Assembly (NCBI GenBank): GCA_950097015.1
Contig: CATNEN010000007.1
Location: 8,618,001-8,682,000, forward strand
Reading direction: 5' to 3'
DNA length: 64,000 bases
From: Macrostomum hystrix
Lineage: Eukaryota > Animalia > Platyhelminthes
Position numbers and translations under genes: made by a program. Shown here one piece after another: positions 26,980 through 39,500 of this stretch (the first letter of the stretch is position 1; each line of letters begins with the position of its first letter). A model generated the notes under the pieces. The model saw nothing but the letters and a program-made list of their open reading frames with translations. It searched no databases and had not been told where the DNA came from.

Positions 26980-28223
26980 TTGCTATACGACCAGTTCTGC
27001 CTTAAATACGCCGATTTTCTCAGGCAAAATCTGTTTCCGTCGCTGCTGCTGCTGCTGCTTTCTGACTGGAGTCAGTCAGAAAAAGTCCGCATCGACTTTC
27101 GAACGGTCCGTGCCGCCCCGAAAGCTCTCGAGGCCGGCAACTCGCGACTGCTGGGACCGGTGAGCGGGCCAGCGAGCTGCCAGGTGGAGTGCGCGGCCGA
27201 CCCCGCATGCCAGGTGGTGCACCATGCCAACTCCACCTGCCGACTGGGAAACCGGACCGCCTGGACCGAAGGTTGGTCGGGTGAAGCCGGCGCGGTCAGC
27301 TATTTGAAGATGCCGAAACCGGAGCTGCTGGCGGGCCTGTCCAACTGCACGGAGCTGTTCGTGAGCTTCAACCCTTGGATGCCGCCGGTGGCCAGCCCGG
27401 GATCGGCAGTGATCACCAGGTGCAAATTATACCTAGTCGTGTGAAAGAAGGCCTCTTGGGCGGGAAGGCACTGCACCGATACATTCACTCAACAAAGAGC
27501 TGCCAAGCTGCCCTGCCCTGCCCTGTTCAGACGGAAGTTTGGCCCTCATGGGATTAAAATCACAAGAAGCAAGACCCAGTCCTTAAGGCTCTGCTGCTCA
27601 CGCATTCACTCCGCTTGATGCTCCCTATGTGAGACTCCCTCCAGCACTCTCCTGCTTCATCGAACAGGTCGCAAGTGACGGACGGCAGCCGCGGTCTCCG
27701 GTTCTTCGGCAACAGCACCTCCTATGTGAACATCGAGCCGGTGAACTTTCGCAACACCCTGTCCGGAAATGTGACCTTCTTTGTCAAGTTTATACGCAAT
27801 TTTACCACCACGACGACAGGAAACAAGGCTCTGTTCACAATGTTCAACTCCACACTTGGCCTTGACATTGATCGCGTCGGGTCACTGACCATAAACTCCG
27901 GCTTGCTCACTTTCTACTACCTGAACCAGGTGAAGTTTCGGCCAGCCTATCCGGTGCTGCCCATCGACGACAATCGGGAACACCTCGTCTCTTTGGCATT
28001 GGTTCTGAACATCGACGCCTGGAACGCCTCTTGCTTCGTTTCCGGAGTGCAACACGAGCTGCAGGCGTCGACCAAAGCGTTGCCAACCTACATTCCCGAC
28101 GCGATCAGGCTGGGCTACGCCGCGGTTGACAACAACCAGTTCGACGGCGAGTTCATCTGCTTCGCCATGTTCAGCAGGGCTCTCATTGCCGAGGAAGTGA
28201 TGGCGTTGGACACTCTCTGCTGA
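26980..28223 (+). CDS. Secreted protein with PAN/apple-like domain and LamG/concanavalin-A-like domain
   Basis: Hydrophobic signal (SLLLLLLS) and PAN-type Cys pattern CQVECAADPACQVVHHANSTCRL. Exon ends at 27419 (AG|gt) and joins 27668 in frame. LamG-like C-terminus IRLG...FDGEFICFAMFSRALIAEEV. Start codon not located. Confidence 0.65.
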
Positions 28224-29185
28224 ACCGACACGGTAGATAGAGGAAGCTGCGAGATCTAAAACTACATTTTTCTGCCTGGAAACTTTTGAACACGTATCCA
28301 CGAAGACTGACTTGGAGATTTGTTTAACCCGATGTCTTGAAAAATAAGAGTTTCCTATGAATCTGTTGCAGAAAGCTCCTAGAAGCACCTGGCGACAAAA
28401 AAAGTACAGTCGAAAATGTTTGATCCCAGAGCCTACTTGCAGATGAGTTTGGAAGCCATGCGGGAAGCCAGGATGACAAAAAGCATTGGCTAACAGACTG
28501 CAAACACTGAGGCAAATGGCAGGGCTGCACTGCTGTATGGGGCAGATGGCTAGATTCAGCTCACATGGGCCACACGCTGCAGACACTCAACTAGAATATG
28601 CATTGAAATTTTATAACAGAAGCGCCAAACCCCAACCAAATAGTCAATAAACATCTGTAGAGAATAGCAGTCAGTTATTGCCAGCTTAGCTTAGAATGAC
28701 GGCAATTTTAACTAATTGGAGGCTAAATGCAGTCTTCGGTAGATTGCTAAGAGACAAGTTTTGCATCCGTGAGATGGGTTGCTAATGATTGCCCGATCGC
28801 ATTCCCTCGGGTCTAAAGGCTGGACTAGGTTCCCTAGGTTCACTAACCCAATTGGGCCAGTTGGACCTCAGCTAATTAAACTGAAGGCAGAACCTTTATC
28901 ATAAAACACTCAATTCGGCTTAAATATACAACACGCAACAGAGTTTTTAACTATCTCGTTAAAAATTTTCGCAAAACATCATTTAATATTCAATGCTGCA
29001 AAAAGCTTCTTCCATGACAGGTAACGAATCTAGAGGTGCTTTTATTTCAAGATCTGAGACATTGTTGCGAGCGTATGGTGAATTTCCTGAACGTGAGTTT
29101 TCAGTAAATTCTTTCATCAAACAAAATATCAGAAAAGTAATTTAAATTTGTCCAGCTGAGTCTCATCCAATCCTCAATAAGCAGC

Positions 29186-29454
29186 TGCCTGCAGCGCTGA
29201 TAACATCCGGAGAGACTCAGGCAGCTATTGTCTGCGATACGAGAGGGACCCTTGCCTGCAGACAATAGCTGCCTGAGTCTATCCGGCTGTTATCAGCGCT
29301 GCAGGCAAGGGTCCCTCTCGTATCGCAGACAATAGCTGCCTGAGTCTATCCGGCTGTTATCAGCGCTGCAGGCAAGGGTCCCTCTCGTATCGCAGACAAT
29401 AGCTGCCTGAGTCTATCCGGCTGTTATCAGCGCTGCAGGCAAGGGTCCCTCTCG
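29186..29454. repeat. 67-bp unit: one inverted copy followed by about 3 tandem copies (fold-back)
   Basis: GACAATAGCT at 29261, 29328 and 29395. 29186-29260 is the reverse complement of the unit. Confidence 0.9.
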
Positions 29455-31539
29455 AGTAGCATGGGTTAGCAGAACCCTGCCGAACAGTGGAGAGATAGGA
29501 GCGCCCGCGGGTGGTGGGGCTAGCTCGAGGTTGACCGAGTGTGGGGCGTTGGCCGCACATGGGGTGGTGGGGGCCGGGGGAAGGATTGTAGAATCCTGCC
29601 GAACAGAGAGATAGGAGCGCCCGGGTGGCGGGGCTCGCAGAGCTGGATTGGGGTTGGGTTGGTTCATATTTTTACACTGGGACTGGCTAACACCGCAGTG
29701 ATAGGAGGAGAGGGCGGCTATCAAATTGCTGGTGTTGGGTGCTTTGGGGCGGTGTGGTGGAACTCTGCCGATCTCAGCAAAAAATGGAGCAGGCTGGAAG
29801 TGGGAATTGTGAATAACTTAAATCAGCGGTCATAATATTTAGGGGTGTGGCTGGGGTGGAGGTTTCGAAGGGCTTCAAAGAGGAGGAGCGCAGAGAGTTT
29901 TTTAAATCCATAGGGTAGAATTAATATGTGAATCAACTCTTAAGTTCCCATTAAAGTTTTGTTCGTTATGATTCCATTATTTTATGGCTGACACTAACCC
30001 CCATATTTTAATTTAGTGTACATGTACACTAGTGCAAGTGGGTCGGTTTGGGGTGGCGCGCAGTGAGGATTGGCTGGGGCAGCGAGTTGGGTTGGTTGTT
30101 ATGTCATGATCATGTACATGTAGCCTAGAGGGGATGGGGTTGTGTGTTGCGCCCAGCAGGAGCAACAGCAGCAGGCGCTTAACTTAACTTAACTTAAGCG
30201 ATTGGCGCTGGCGAGACGGAGCTGGTAGCTCACTCGGCGCCTCATGCCCCTACAACTACAACAGCAGCAGGCCAGCGCCGCCCCGGGGAGCAGCGCTGCC
30301 CAGCAGCAGCTGCCCGTTGAACAATTGGACGCTGAGTTGGACTCCCTTATTCGAGACATTGGTTTGGATGCTGCTGCAATGGTTGGCCTGCCCGCAGCTT
30401 CTGTGCCCGCCTCTATCCAGATTCCGGATCGAAGCGTCATTCAACTTGTGCTGCCACCGGTAACAGGTGCTGGATATATTGTAAAATCTGGTACTTTTGA
30501 GTTTGTCATCACGCCAATATAAGTCTTTTTTATGTTGTGCTAAAACTATTTCATAAAAGTGTAGTTTCAAAGTGAAATTAGAGGGATATTAAGAACACTT
30601 TTGGCATTTGCTTGAAAGTTAAAGCGTAGGTACAAAGCGAGCTGAGTAATCTAGGGTTACGAGCCGTATTGCAAAGTTCTGAAAAATTTAGGGGGGGGAC
30701 ACGCAGTATTCCAGCACATTGCTTTGAATACTCGTATTCGTACTATTAGAATTGTTTTAGGAATTTTGTCAAGTTTGATGCTGCTGCTGATGGAATTGCA
30801 CATTTTTATGTTCTTTTAAATAAAATGTTGTTGTGCGGAGCAATGCTTCCATTAGTTACTGGATAAATGCGTTTATAGTTTTTTTATTTTTCTAAAAAAA
30901 TTAGGTGAAAAGATATCAAATTTTGTGCGATAAGTAAATTCTTTTAAATTTATTGAAACTGAGAATTACATTTTTAAATTATAGAGGTAAAAAATTTCAG
31001 CTGGAGTCCTCAATTCCAAGTGAGGATCCCCAAGGTATGGATAGCTCAGCTAACTTAAGCGATCGCGAGTCATCAGACGAGAACTGGAGCAAGTCTGATG
31101 AAGCTGCCGGATGGAGTGAGTCGGGTGATTCAATGGAAAACTGGTCCGAGTCTGGCTCTGAAGTCCTACCCTCGGAAAGTGTCGAATCCGCATCAGAGTC
31201 AGCAAGTGCGGCTGGCAGTCAATTGGCACCATCTGGTGGAGGCAGCAGTGTCTCCAGCGTCAATAGCAACCGCAACAGCAAGCAACATTGCTGAACAACC
31301 TGGCGAGTTGAAGCTATTTGGGTTCAGGAAATATTTTATGCTAGTCGGTCATTATTATATTTATTTTTTCGAACATTTACAATCGACTTAATTGTTTCCA
31401 AATTAAAGCAAACCTCAAACAAAAATGGAATAAAATCAGTGATTTTTAATCAATATTCATTATATTCTCTCTCCAGCGTGCATATGTATATTTATATTGC
31501 ATCAAAAAACTAATTCGATTTATTTAATTACTTCCACAG

Positions 31540-34500
31540 GTACTCCTCAAGTTCAGGTCATCAGAGCTCACAATGGCATCCTTCAAGTTTTTCGTATGGC
31601 TCCCAGGCAGGAAGGACTCGAAGCACTCGCTTTCGTCAGATCATGCAAGGATCTAGTGAGGAAAACACTTTCTGATCAGCTAACTGACTCTAACCGGATA
31701 GTCCGCGCTCAGTTGCGTTTCAACGTGCAGATGAAGAGAATGAGAGCTGGTGAGGTGATTGCAGAAGAAGATAAGTGGATCAATAGCTGTCTTGAAGAAA
31801 TCAATTCGATTGAAGAGTTCGACGATTGGTGGGCTCGCCAAGTAGGCGCGTGTGAGCGAATGATCGACTGCCTAAACACCAATGGTAGTGGCTGGATTCT
31901 CGACGTTGCCAATTCTTTGGATGTGTGCATTGCTCAGCGAGACCGGATCCGATTTTACATTGGTCGAAGCCAAAACTTTGCCTTGCCCGAAGCGCTCAAG
32001 CGAAAGAAAGCAGTCATAAACCAAGTGAGTGAGACAACCGCTTTCCTTATGCCTGCCTCGCAGTTCTTCATCATGGTTCAGAGACGTTGCGCAAGTCCCC
32101 ATTTGTTGTCAACGTATGCACCTTGGCTAGATAAGCTCAATCTAGATGGGGTTTCCGAGCCGGTAACTCTAAACAATCTGGAGAATCAGAATCCGAACTT
32201 TTGTTTCACGGTACTAACGTGGCTAAGAGGGCGTGCGGAAGTATTGAGGCAACCGAAGGCCAAAGTTGTGGCAGGAAGGCGTGTCATTCCATTGATCTAT
32301 TCGTGCAGCAGCAACAATGCTGAAGAGGAGGATGATTGTCGGATGAGGAAGAAGTTGTCGCACCTCAAGCGCACTGGTGTGGTATTGTCAGTTTGAATCG
32401 ACTACTCAACAGCAAAGATGGTCTCCACCAGCGAAAGTGGTGCGAGCGCTGCCTGTCAGGATTTCGCTCTGAGGAGCGATTGGAAAAGCATAGACAGGAC
32501 TGCTATCAAAGTGTCGAGTGCACTGTTCGAGAGGTGATGCCCAGTGTCGAGAAGAACACACTCCAATTCAACAACTGGCAAAACACTATATCGCCTCCGT
32601 TTGTTGCCTATGCCGATTTTGAGGCTTTCAATTCTCCGTGCTCTGAAGCAGCAGTCTCAACAAGCTTGATTGATACCGCAATCGAAAACCCAGGTGCTTC
32701 ATCGCCAAAAAGTGGAATGGTTCACCTTACAGATTATCATCCCGCAGCCGCTGGCTACATCCTTCTCCAAAGGGGGGACACAATCGGTCCTCGATTGCGA
32801 GGCACGGACGCTTGTCTGAAGCTTTTTTGTGAGACTGATTCTGAGAGTTGCGTCGAAAAATTTCTGCGGTCGCTTGAAAAAGATGCTAGAGAAATCTATC
32901 TGTGGAATAAGACGTACAGCCACCAACCTAAGGCTTTAAGCGCTGAGAGTGAAAAGACATTCACCGATTCTACTGCTTGCTATCGCTGCGGAATGGCCTT
33001 TTCAGACTCTTCTCTGAAACACTGGGATCATGATCGTGAGAGATACAATTCAGACTACTGACAACAGTAGAAAAGCAAAGACTTGGCTGCAAAACTCTCA
33101 CATAACACTAAGAAAGTATCGCCATAAAAATGGCAAGCTTAAAAGAGACTTCTGTGCACACTAAGAGTGGTGGGAGAGGACGGCGTGTGGCTATGGCTGA
33201 CTGACGAAGGCAAACAAGCCAGAAACCGGTCTCGGTCTGCCAGCGCGAGGTTCGTTCCCCACTTTTAGTGTGCTACAATGATCATCTGACGGGCGAGTTC
33301 AAAGGGGCATCTGTGCTGATTGTAACATGAGAGCTCAACTCAAGCGTCGCTTTTTGCCTATTTTCTTTCACAACCTCGCTGGTTATGATGTACACCTAAT
33401 TTTTTCCACTGCTCTGAAGCGAAAGATAAATAGGAAACTATCTGTTGTTCCTCAGTCAATCGAACGCTACTTGTCTTTAAAAGCGGAATTTTTCGTCGAT
33501 ATTTTTGAAATTGATGAAAAGCAGAAGCCGATATCGTTCGTCCTGCAATTTCTTGATTCCCTACAGTTTCTAAACTGTAGCCTGGACAGCCTGATGCGGA
33601 ACATGGAGGCTAGTGAGTCTAGGAGGCTAGTGAGTCTAGGAGGCTAGGAGGCTAGGAGGCTAGTGAGTGTCACGTGACAATGCAAATGAGGAACATGTTT
33701 CCCAATGTCTCTGAGTCTTTTGTTACGATTTTCTGCAAGGCAGCGCCGACTTATTAGTCACGACGTTACCAGATCAGAAGGATTTTTTCAACACGCTGAC
33801 AAAGTCCGAGTGCAGTGACGCTGACTACAATCATGCTCAGCGAGCTTGGCACGAATTCGATTGCCAGAACCTTGCCGATTACATGAGGAGCTACTTAGAG
33901 CGAGACATTCGCCGATTGGCAGATGTTTTCGAGTCTTTTCGAAAATTGAGCCTTCAGGATGACGGGTTAGATCCCATCCATTATGTCACTACACCTGGAC
34001 TGTCATTCGATTCCGCTCTAAAGACAACTGGAACAAAATTGGTGCTCCTAACCGACGCGGACATGTACCGAATGTTCGAGCAAGGGATTCGAGGAGGCAT
34101 CACATTTGTCAACATTCATCAGGTCGATGCAAATTCCGGCAGTGATGATGCTGAAGATGAGAGCTATGCTCAGCAACATCAAGCTCCGAAGAGTGCCTTA
34201 ATTCCTCTTGACGTCAACACTTTGTATGGTGTTGCCCTCTAAATGTCGCTACCCGCAAGAGAATTTAGATGGGTTGAAAGTGAAATCATTGAAGATTGGA
34301 CTGCCGAGACATTCCTGTCTTTGAGCGAAGAATCAAGAACCGCCTATCTAGTCGAGCTGGATCTAATCTATCCTGATGCTATTCACCACAAGACAAAGGA
34401 GCTACCACTTGCACCAGAAAAGGGGCAAGTCGATTTTAACGAATTTCCGGATTTCATGAAGCAGCTCTGGAACCAACTTCAAGCGGAGGATGCTCCGCTT
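31540..34500 (+). pseudogene. Protein-primed family B DNA polymerase (Polinton pPolB), frameshifted and truncated
   Basis: Motifs GSGW, LPEALKRKKAVIN, CERC..H zinc finger, VAYADFE (ExoI), C..C..DHDHLTG (endonuclease VII-like), FHNLAGYD (ExoII), FLDS, YLERD..LADVFE (ExoIII), GIRGG, LDVNTLYG (motif A) and LPLAPE. Several frameshifts and stops. Motifs B and C are missing. Confidence 0.9.
33035..33277 (-). mobile_element. Solo LTR inserted in pPolB
   Basis: 243-bp insert flanked by ATGAT at 33030-33034 and 33278-33282. On the minus strand it starts TGTAG and ends CACG (one change from CACA). Removal restores D-H-D-H-L-T-G. Confidence 0.7.
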
Positions 34501-34512
34501 AAATATTGGTTT

Positions 34513-35180
34513 CTAAAACACTTTGCTCACGTAAGTGCCCCATTCAATGTCGGCTTTCATTCCAACAGTTCTCAGTAGGGAGCTCCAGTTGCAGTTCGTT
34601 GACTCGATAATACTGCAGTGCACATTGATCAGATTAGTGCTAGGGCATCCAATGCAATGGTGTGACACTTGACGACCTGGCTTGATTTTCACATCATGGA
34701 TTCCGAACCCCAGCCATTCCAGAATTTTATTGGAGGGAAGAAGCAGCTCTGCTCTGCTCGTGTTGTTCTGTACGACAGTTTTTGAGTTGCGAATCGAAAA
34801 ATGCATGCCAAGTTCTTTCGAGTTAACTCGCCCACTCAATCCAGACTCACCAGCCTCCATTTCAGACTCTCTATCACTCATGGCATCGAAGAACAGCGAC
34901 TCGATGAACTTGGCAAGAAGTTCATTTAGACGCTCCACCAGCTCCTCCTCTCTGGAAAACGTCCGGGTTGAAGAACCAGGGCCTCATGCTCTCTTCCATC
35001 TGTGATAGTGAAGCAGTAAGGCTCGTCAACATTGAACCATGCAGCAGGCAGATGGATTTCAACCAGACCTGCCTCATACTCCACATTTCGATCCAAGTAT
35101 ATAGGTGAAGGCAGGTGAAAATTAAACTCACTAGAAGTACCTTCAGCATTCTCGCTGGTAACGATATTTGTAATATACAA
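34513..35180 (-). pseudogene. Polinton minor capsid (penton)-like protein, frameshifted and 3' truncated
   Basis: N-terminal YIT..S..SEFNFHLPSPIYL...YEAGLVEIHLPAAWFNV and C-terminal LINVHCSIIES...LLRTV match recalled Polinton penton motifs. Split across ORFs 34926-35180 and 34513-34938. Confidence 0.7.
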
Positions 35181-35218
35181 TAATTTTTCCTGTAAGTCAT
35201 ACTTTTCTTAAGTCTTTC

Positions 35219-36243
35219 TCATCCACCCAGCCAGTTGAATCGTAGCCGGCCCACCGGATCTTTTCCCTTGCGCTTCTCTGTCTTGAGTATTTTCTCTATA
35301 ACATACAACCGCTGTGAGTCGGGAACAACCTGCAACTCGTGCTCATGAAATAGACCTCTGATATCTTCACCCTTCATGTCCCGAATCTTGTACATGTAGG
35401 GAAAATGTTTCGGAGCTCTGGACACCACGGTGTAGCTCGTACACCTCTTCACTCCAGTTGGCTTTATATCCTTTCCTGAACAACCAGGGCGCATTGGAAA
35501 TTCGCACTTTCCAAAAACTTTTGCTTCTTTAACTTCTCTATAGTCTCGATCGCTTTTCCATCATAAAGGTTCATCCAAACCTCAATCTCTTTACACACTT
35601 TTAGAGGGGACATTCGAATGCTTCTGAGGTAGGTATTGTTGTAGGACTTCACTAGCTTGGGTAGTGCATCAACCCAATGCAAAGTGCTTCTGTGTGTGAA
35701 GTATCGCCACATCTTATTCTTTAAGGTCCGGTTCCATCGCTCAATGACAGCCGCCTTCTGTCCGCTGTTGGTAGGAAAAGCCAAAATACCCCTGTCCATG
35801 CAGCACTTGCGAAAGGATGAGTTCAGGAACTCCTTTCCCTGGTCAGTGCGAACTGTGCGGGGCTGCCGCTTTGAGCTTCGCAATGTGCTCTCAAAGGCTG
35901 ACTTGACTTCCACAGCCGATTTGTTTTTCAATGCTCGGGCCCATGCGCATTTGGATAGGACATCAATACACGTTAGAATATATTTGTAGTCTTTGTTATA
36001 TTTTGAGAAAGGGATCATCTCCATCAGATCAAGCTCCCATTGATCATCAATGCTTCGAACTATTATTGGTGCCCGTGGATAACTTCTTCTAGCTGCCTTA
36101 TGCAACGTGTAGATTACCTGATTGCTAAGCCACTTTCTCACATCCTTCTCTTTCACGCGCATTCCCTGCCTACGAAGTTCATTAAGAAATTTGTTGCAAC
36201 CAGAGAAACTGGCTGGATTTTCAGGAAAAAAAATACTTTCCAT
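35219..36243 (-). pseudogene. Polinton retroviral-like integrase with C-terminal chromo-like domain, frameshifted
   Basis: PENPASFSG, LHK.ARR.YPR, QWELDL (D), IDVLSK, RTDQGKEF (D), IERWNRTLK (E). Downstream frame reads YKIRDMKGEDIRGLFHEHELQ..YVIEKIL. Confidence 0.9.
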
Positions 36244-36538
36244 TCTCCCCTGCTCTCACTAGAAAAAGCAAACAGCATTTTCTTAAGTTTAACAGAAAAT
36301 CATGCTGCGATATCAATAGTTATTGCTGCATTCGTTTTTTGTGTATTTTTCTTTTTTTTCTACGCCAGTAATCAAAGTGTCCAATCGGCGCTCGCTGATT
36401 GGGTGTAAACACCCACCCCAGGCACCCACCCCAGGCACCCACCCCTCCGCTTTTAGCTGGGTTGTATTTCAGCCGGCACCCCCGTGCTGCCCAGCCTTGT
36501 CTCTTCGCGCTGCGTGGTGTGAAATTTTTTCTACGGCA

Positions 36539-39500
36539 ATGGCTGAGCTTCCAATTGACCGGCTTACGGCTCGCCAGTTAAGAGACCGCCTGATTCAACT
36601 TGGCCTGCCTAGCAGCGGTCGCAAGCGTGAACTGCAAGTCAGACTGGAACAATCCAGTTTAGTCAGCCGAACCACACGCCGCGTGCAGCAAAGGTCAAAC
36701 GCTTCGGCCCAAGTCGAGGACGACGGCAGCACCTGCAGCGAAGAGGACGGCGAGGCGAACCCGGACCAGGCGAGTGATCTGGGAGGCGGCGACGACCTGG
36801 ACCAGAGGATCGCCAGACAAGAGAAGCTGCTCCGCCTGAGAACGCTTCAGCGCCAAACAGCGGAGATTGAAGCCGAGCTTGGAAAGGACGGCCAGCGCAT
36901 ACAGAGTGGTAAGTCGACTAGCCCGATGCTGCTTAACCAAACCCTCAGTGCCCACGAGCCGGAGCAGCATCTGCCAGTGCCAGACTGGGAACTCCCCGGC
37001 AGCTACACTAAGCCAGCTGCCACCTCGAGGCCTCTGCTGGTGAGAGACTTCATCGATCGTGACTTCGAGGAGCCTGCGCCCCAATTAGCGAAGACTAGAG
37101 CCCGAACTGAGAACATCACGGCCGGTCAGTGGGTTGCAGGCAGCGGCCGCATCCTGCTGAGACTGCTTGACGACGGTGCCCTAGTCACAATGAGAAACGG
37201 CACCATGGATTTGAGTGAGCTGAAAGCCTATGTGCGGTACTGCGTACAGTTCGGCGAGTTCATGCATCAGGGCTTCAGCCAGGCCGCCCTTAACGACTAC
37301 GACGAAGACTTCAGGATCCTGCAGCACCAGACCAGCGGCAGCTGGGAGCGGGAGTCGTTGCAGCTGCTGTCCAAGCACATTCTGGCACCTAAACCCAATC
37401 CTGCTGGCAGTTCGACCTATTCGCGGCCTGGCTTCAAGTTCAGCAAAATGAGAAACCAGACAAGCGGCTTGGTCGGCCCAACCGACGCTGAAGGTCGGGA
37501 GCTGTGCGTCAAATTCAACCGAAACAGCTGCCACAGACGCGACTGCAAGTTCAGACACGCGTGCTCTGCCTGCTACGCGGCGCACCCGCGCCAGCTCTGC
37601 ACGTCAAAAAAACTAGATTGCGGCCGGCCGGGGGACTTGATCGACGGCCCAGCTGCACCGGCCGATTCTGACAATGTCGATCACCCGCTCCCCCCTGGCC
37701 GGCCTCAAGCTAAGCCCATCGAGTCCGTTGCCTTCTCTTCTGACCTTATCACCGCCGCCTGGGATGCCGAGCTGCTCGGCGATCCCGATCGTGACTTCCT
37801 GCTGAACGGTGTCCGCAACGGCTTCCGCCTCACCTGCCCCAGCGCCCCTGACAATCAGCCTAATAGCACTTTCTCTCAGAACTACTTCTCCGCTGACAGT
37901 AATCGGCTACTGGTCGAGCAGCAGGTGCGGGAAGAAGTGGCCAACGGCCGTTACGTGAAAGTTAGCAACAAGCCGGACGTCATCAGCGCCCTTGGTGCCA
38001 TCCCGAAAGGAAACAACAAGATCCGGCTGATCCACGACTGCTCGCAACCTCCGGACCTCTCGCTGAACAGCCGTTTCTCCTCTGACTACCAGATCAAGTT
38101 TGAGACCGTCAGCCAGTTCACTGCCAAGCTGCAGCCAGGTTGGTTCATGGCGAAGGTCGACTTGGCCAATGCTTACCGCAGTGTCGGAATCAGTCCCCAC
38201 GACTTCCGCTACACTGGTCTACAGTGGAAGTTCAGCGATCAACCGAGCCCGACGTACCTGTGCGACACGCGCCTGCCATTCGGCGCGGCAGCTTCAGTGG
38301 AAGTCTTCCACCGCCTCAGCCAGTCCATCAAGCGCATGATGCAGCGACGCGGCTTCAGCAATATCGGGAGTTACCTCGATGACTTTGCCGTGGCGGCAGA
38401 AACTGAGATCGCCTGCCAGCAAGCTCTGGACACTCTACTTCATCTGCTGCGGCGTCTAGGCTTCTCCATCAACTGGAGCAAAGTAGCTCTGCCGTGCACT
38501 AGGCTGGTGTACCTGGGCGTCATGATTGACACCAACAGCGGCCTGCTAGAGCTCCCAAAGGACAAGCTCGAGGTCACGAAAGCGCAGCTGCAATCCGCAC
38601 TCTCGCACAAGCGCATCACCAAGCGCCAGCTCCAATCTCTCTGTGGCCGCATCTACTGGGTTTGCCAGGTCGTCCGTATCGGGAGGTGTTTCCTGAGGCC
38701 GCTCCTGCTGGAACTCAATAAGTTAAAGCAGCACTGCCACAAACTGCGCATGCACAACGATCTCCGCGAGACCATCCTCTGGTGGGTGGCCTGCCTGGCC
38801 AAGACCCCCAGCTGCCGCATCTGGAGGACCGCCGGGCCAGCCTGGGCAATCGAGTCGGACGCATCCAATTGGGGAGGCTGCGGCATCATCCGCGGCCCAG
38901 GCGTCACTAACTGGCTCATCATCGACTGGCAACGCGATAGTCCGGAGCTCGAAACTCTGCACATCAATTTTAAGGAGAGCCTCGCGCCCGTGTTCACGGC
39001 TCTGCACTTTCAACAAAAGCTGCAACCAGGAAGCAACCTGGTGATCTACTCGGACAGCACGGCCGCTGTCGGCGCCATCAACAAGGGCTCCTCGCCGAAC
39101 CCGATTGTCAACACAGCCCTGCAGCAGCTCGCGCTTCTCGCCGCTCACCGCGATCTCGTTATCCAAGCCTTCCACGTGCCTGGGACGTTCCAGATCTTTG
39201 CGGACAGCGGCAGTCGCGCAGATGACACCAGCGAGCTGGCAAATTTTCTGCTCCGGCTCTACGGCACAGTGGACATTGAAACTGACAACCTTCATGAGCA
39301 CACCCTTTCGTCCGCCGCCCGCCAATTCCTTTCTTTGCAGATCGCTCGCCTACGGTCCCGGGTTCGCACCTCAGCCGCCGCTACCACGAGCTCTGCAGCC
39401 TGGCCTTCGCAGGCACGACAGCGCGCTCCTACCGCTGCCAGATTGCCTCCTGGCAACGCTTCTGTAAGCGAACGCGCATTGACAGCACCAGACCGTCAGC

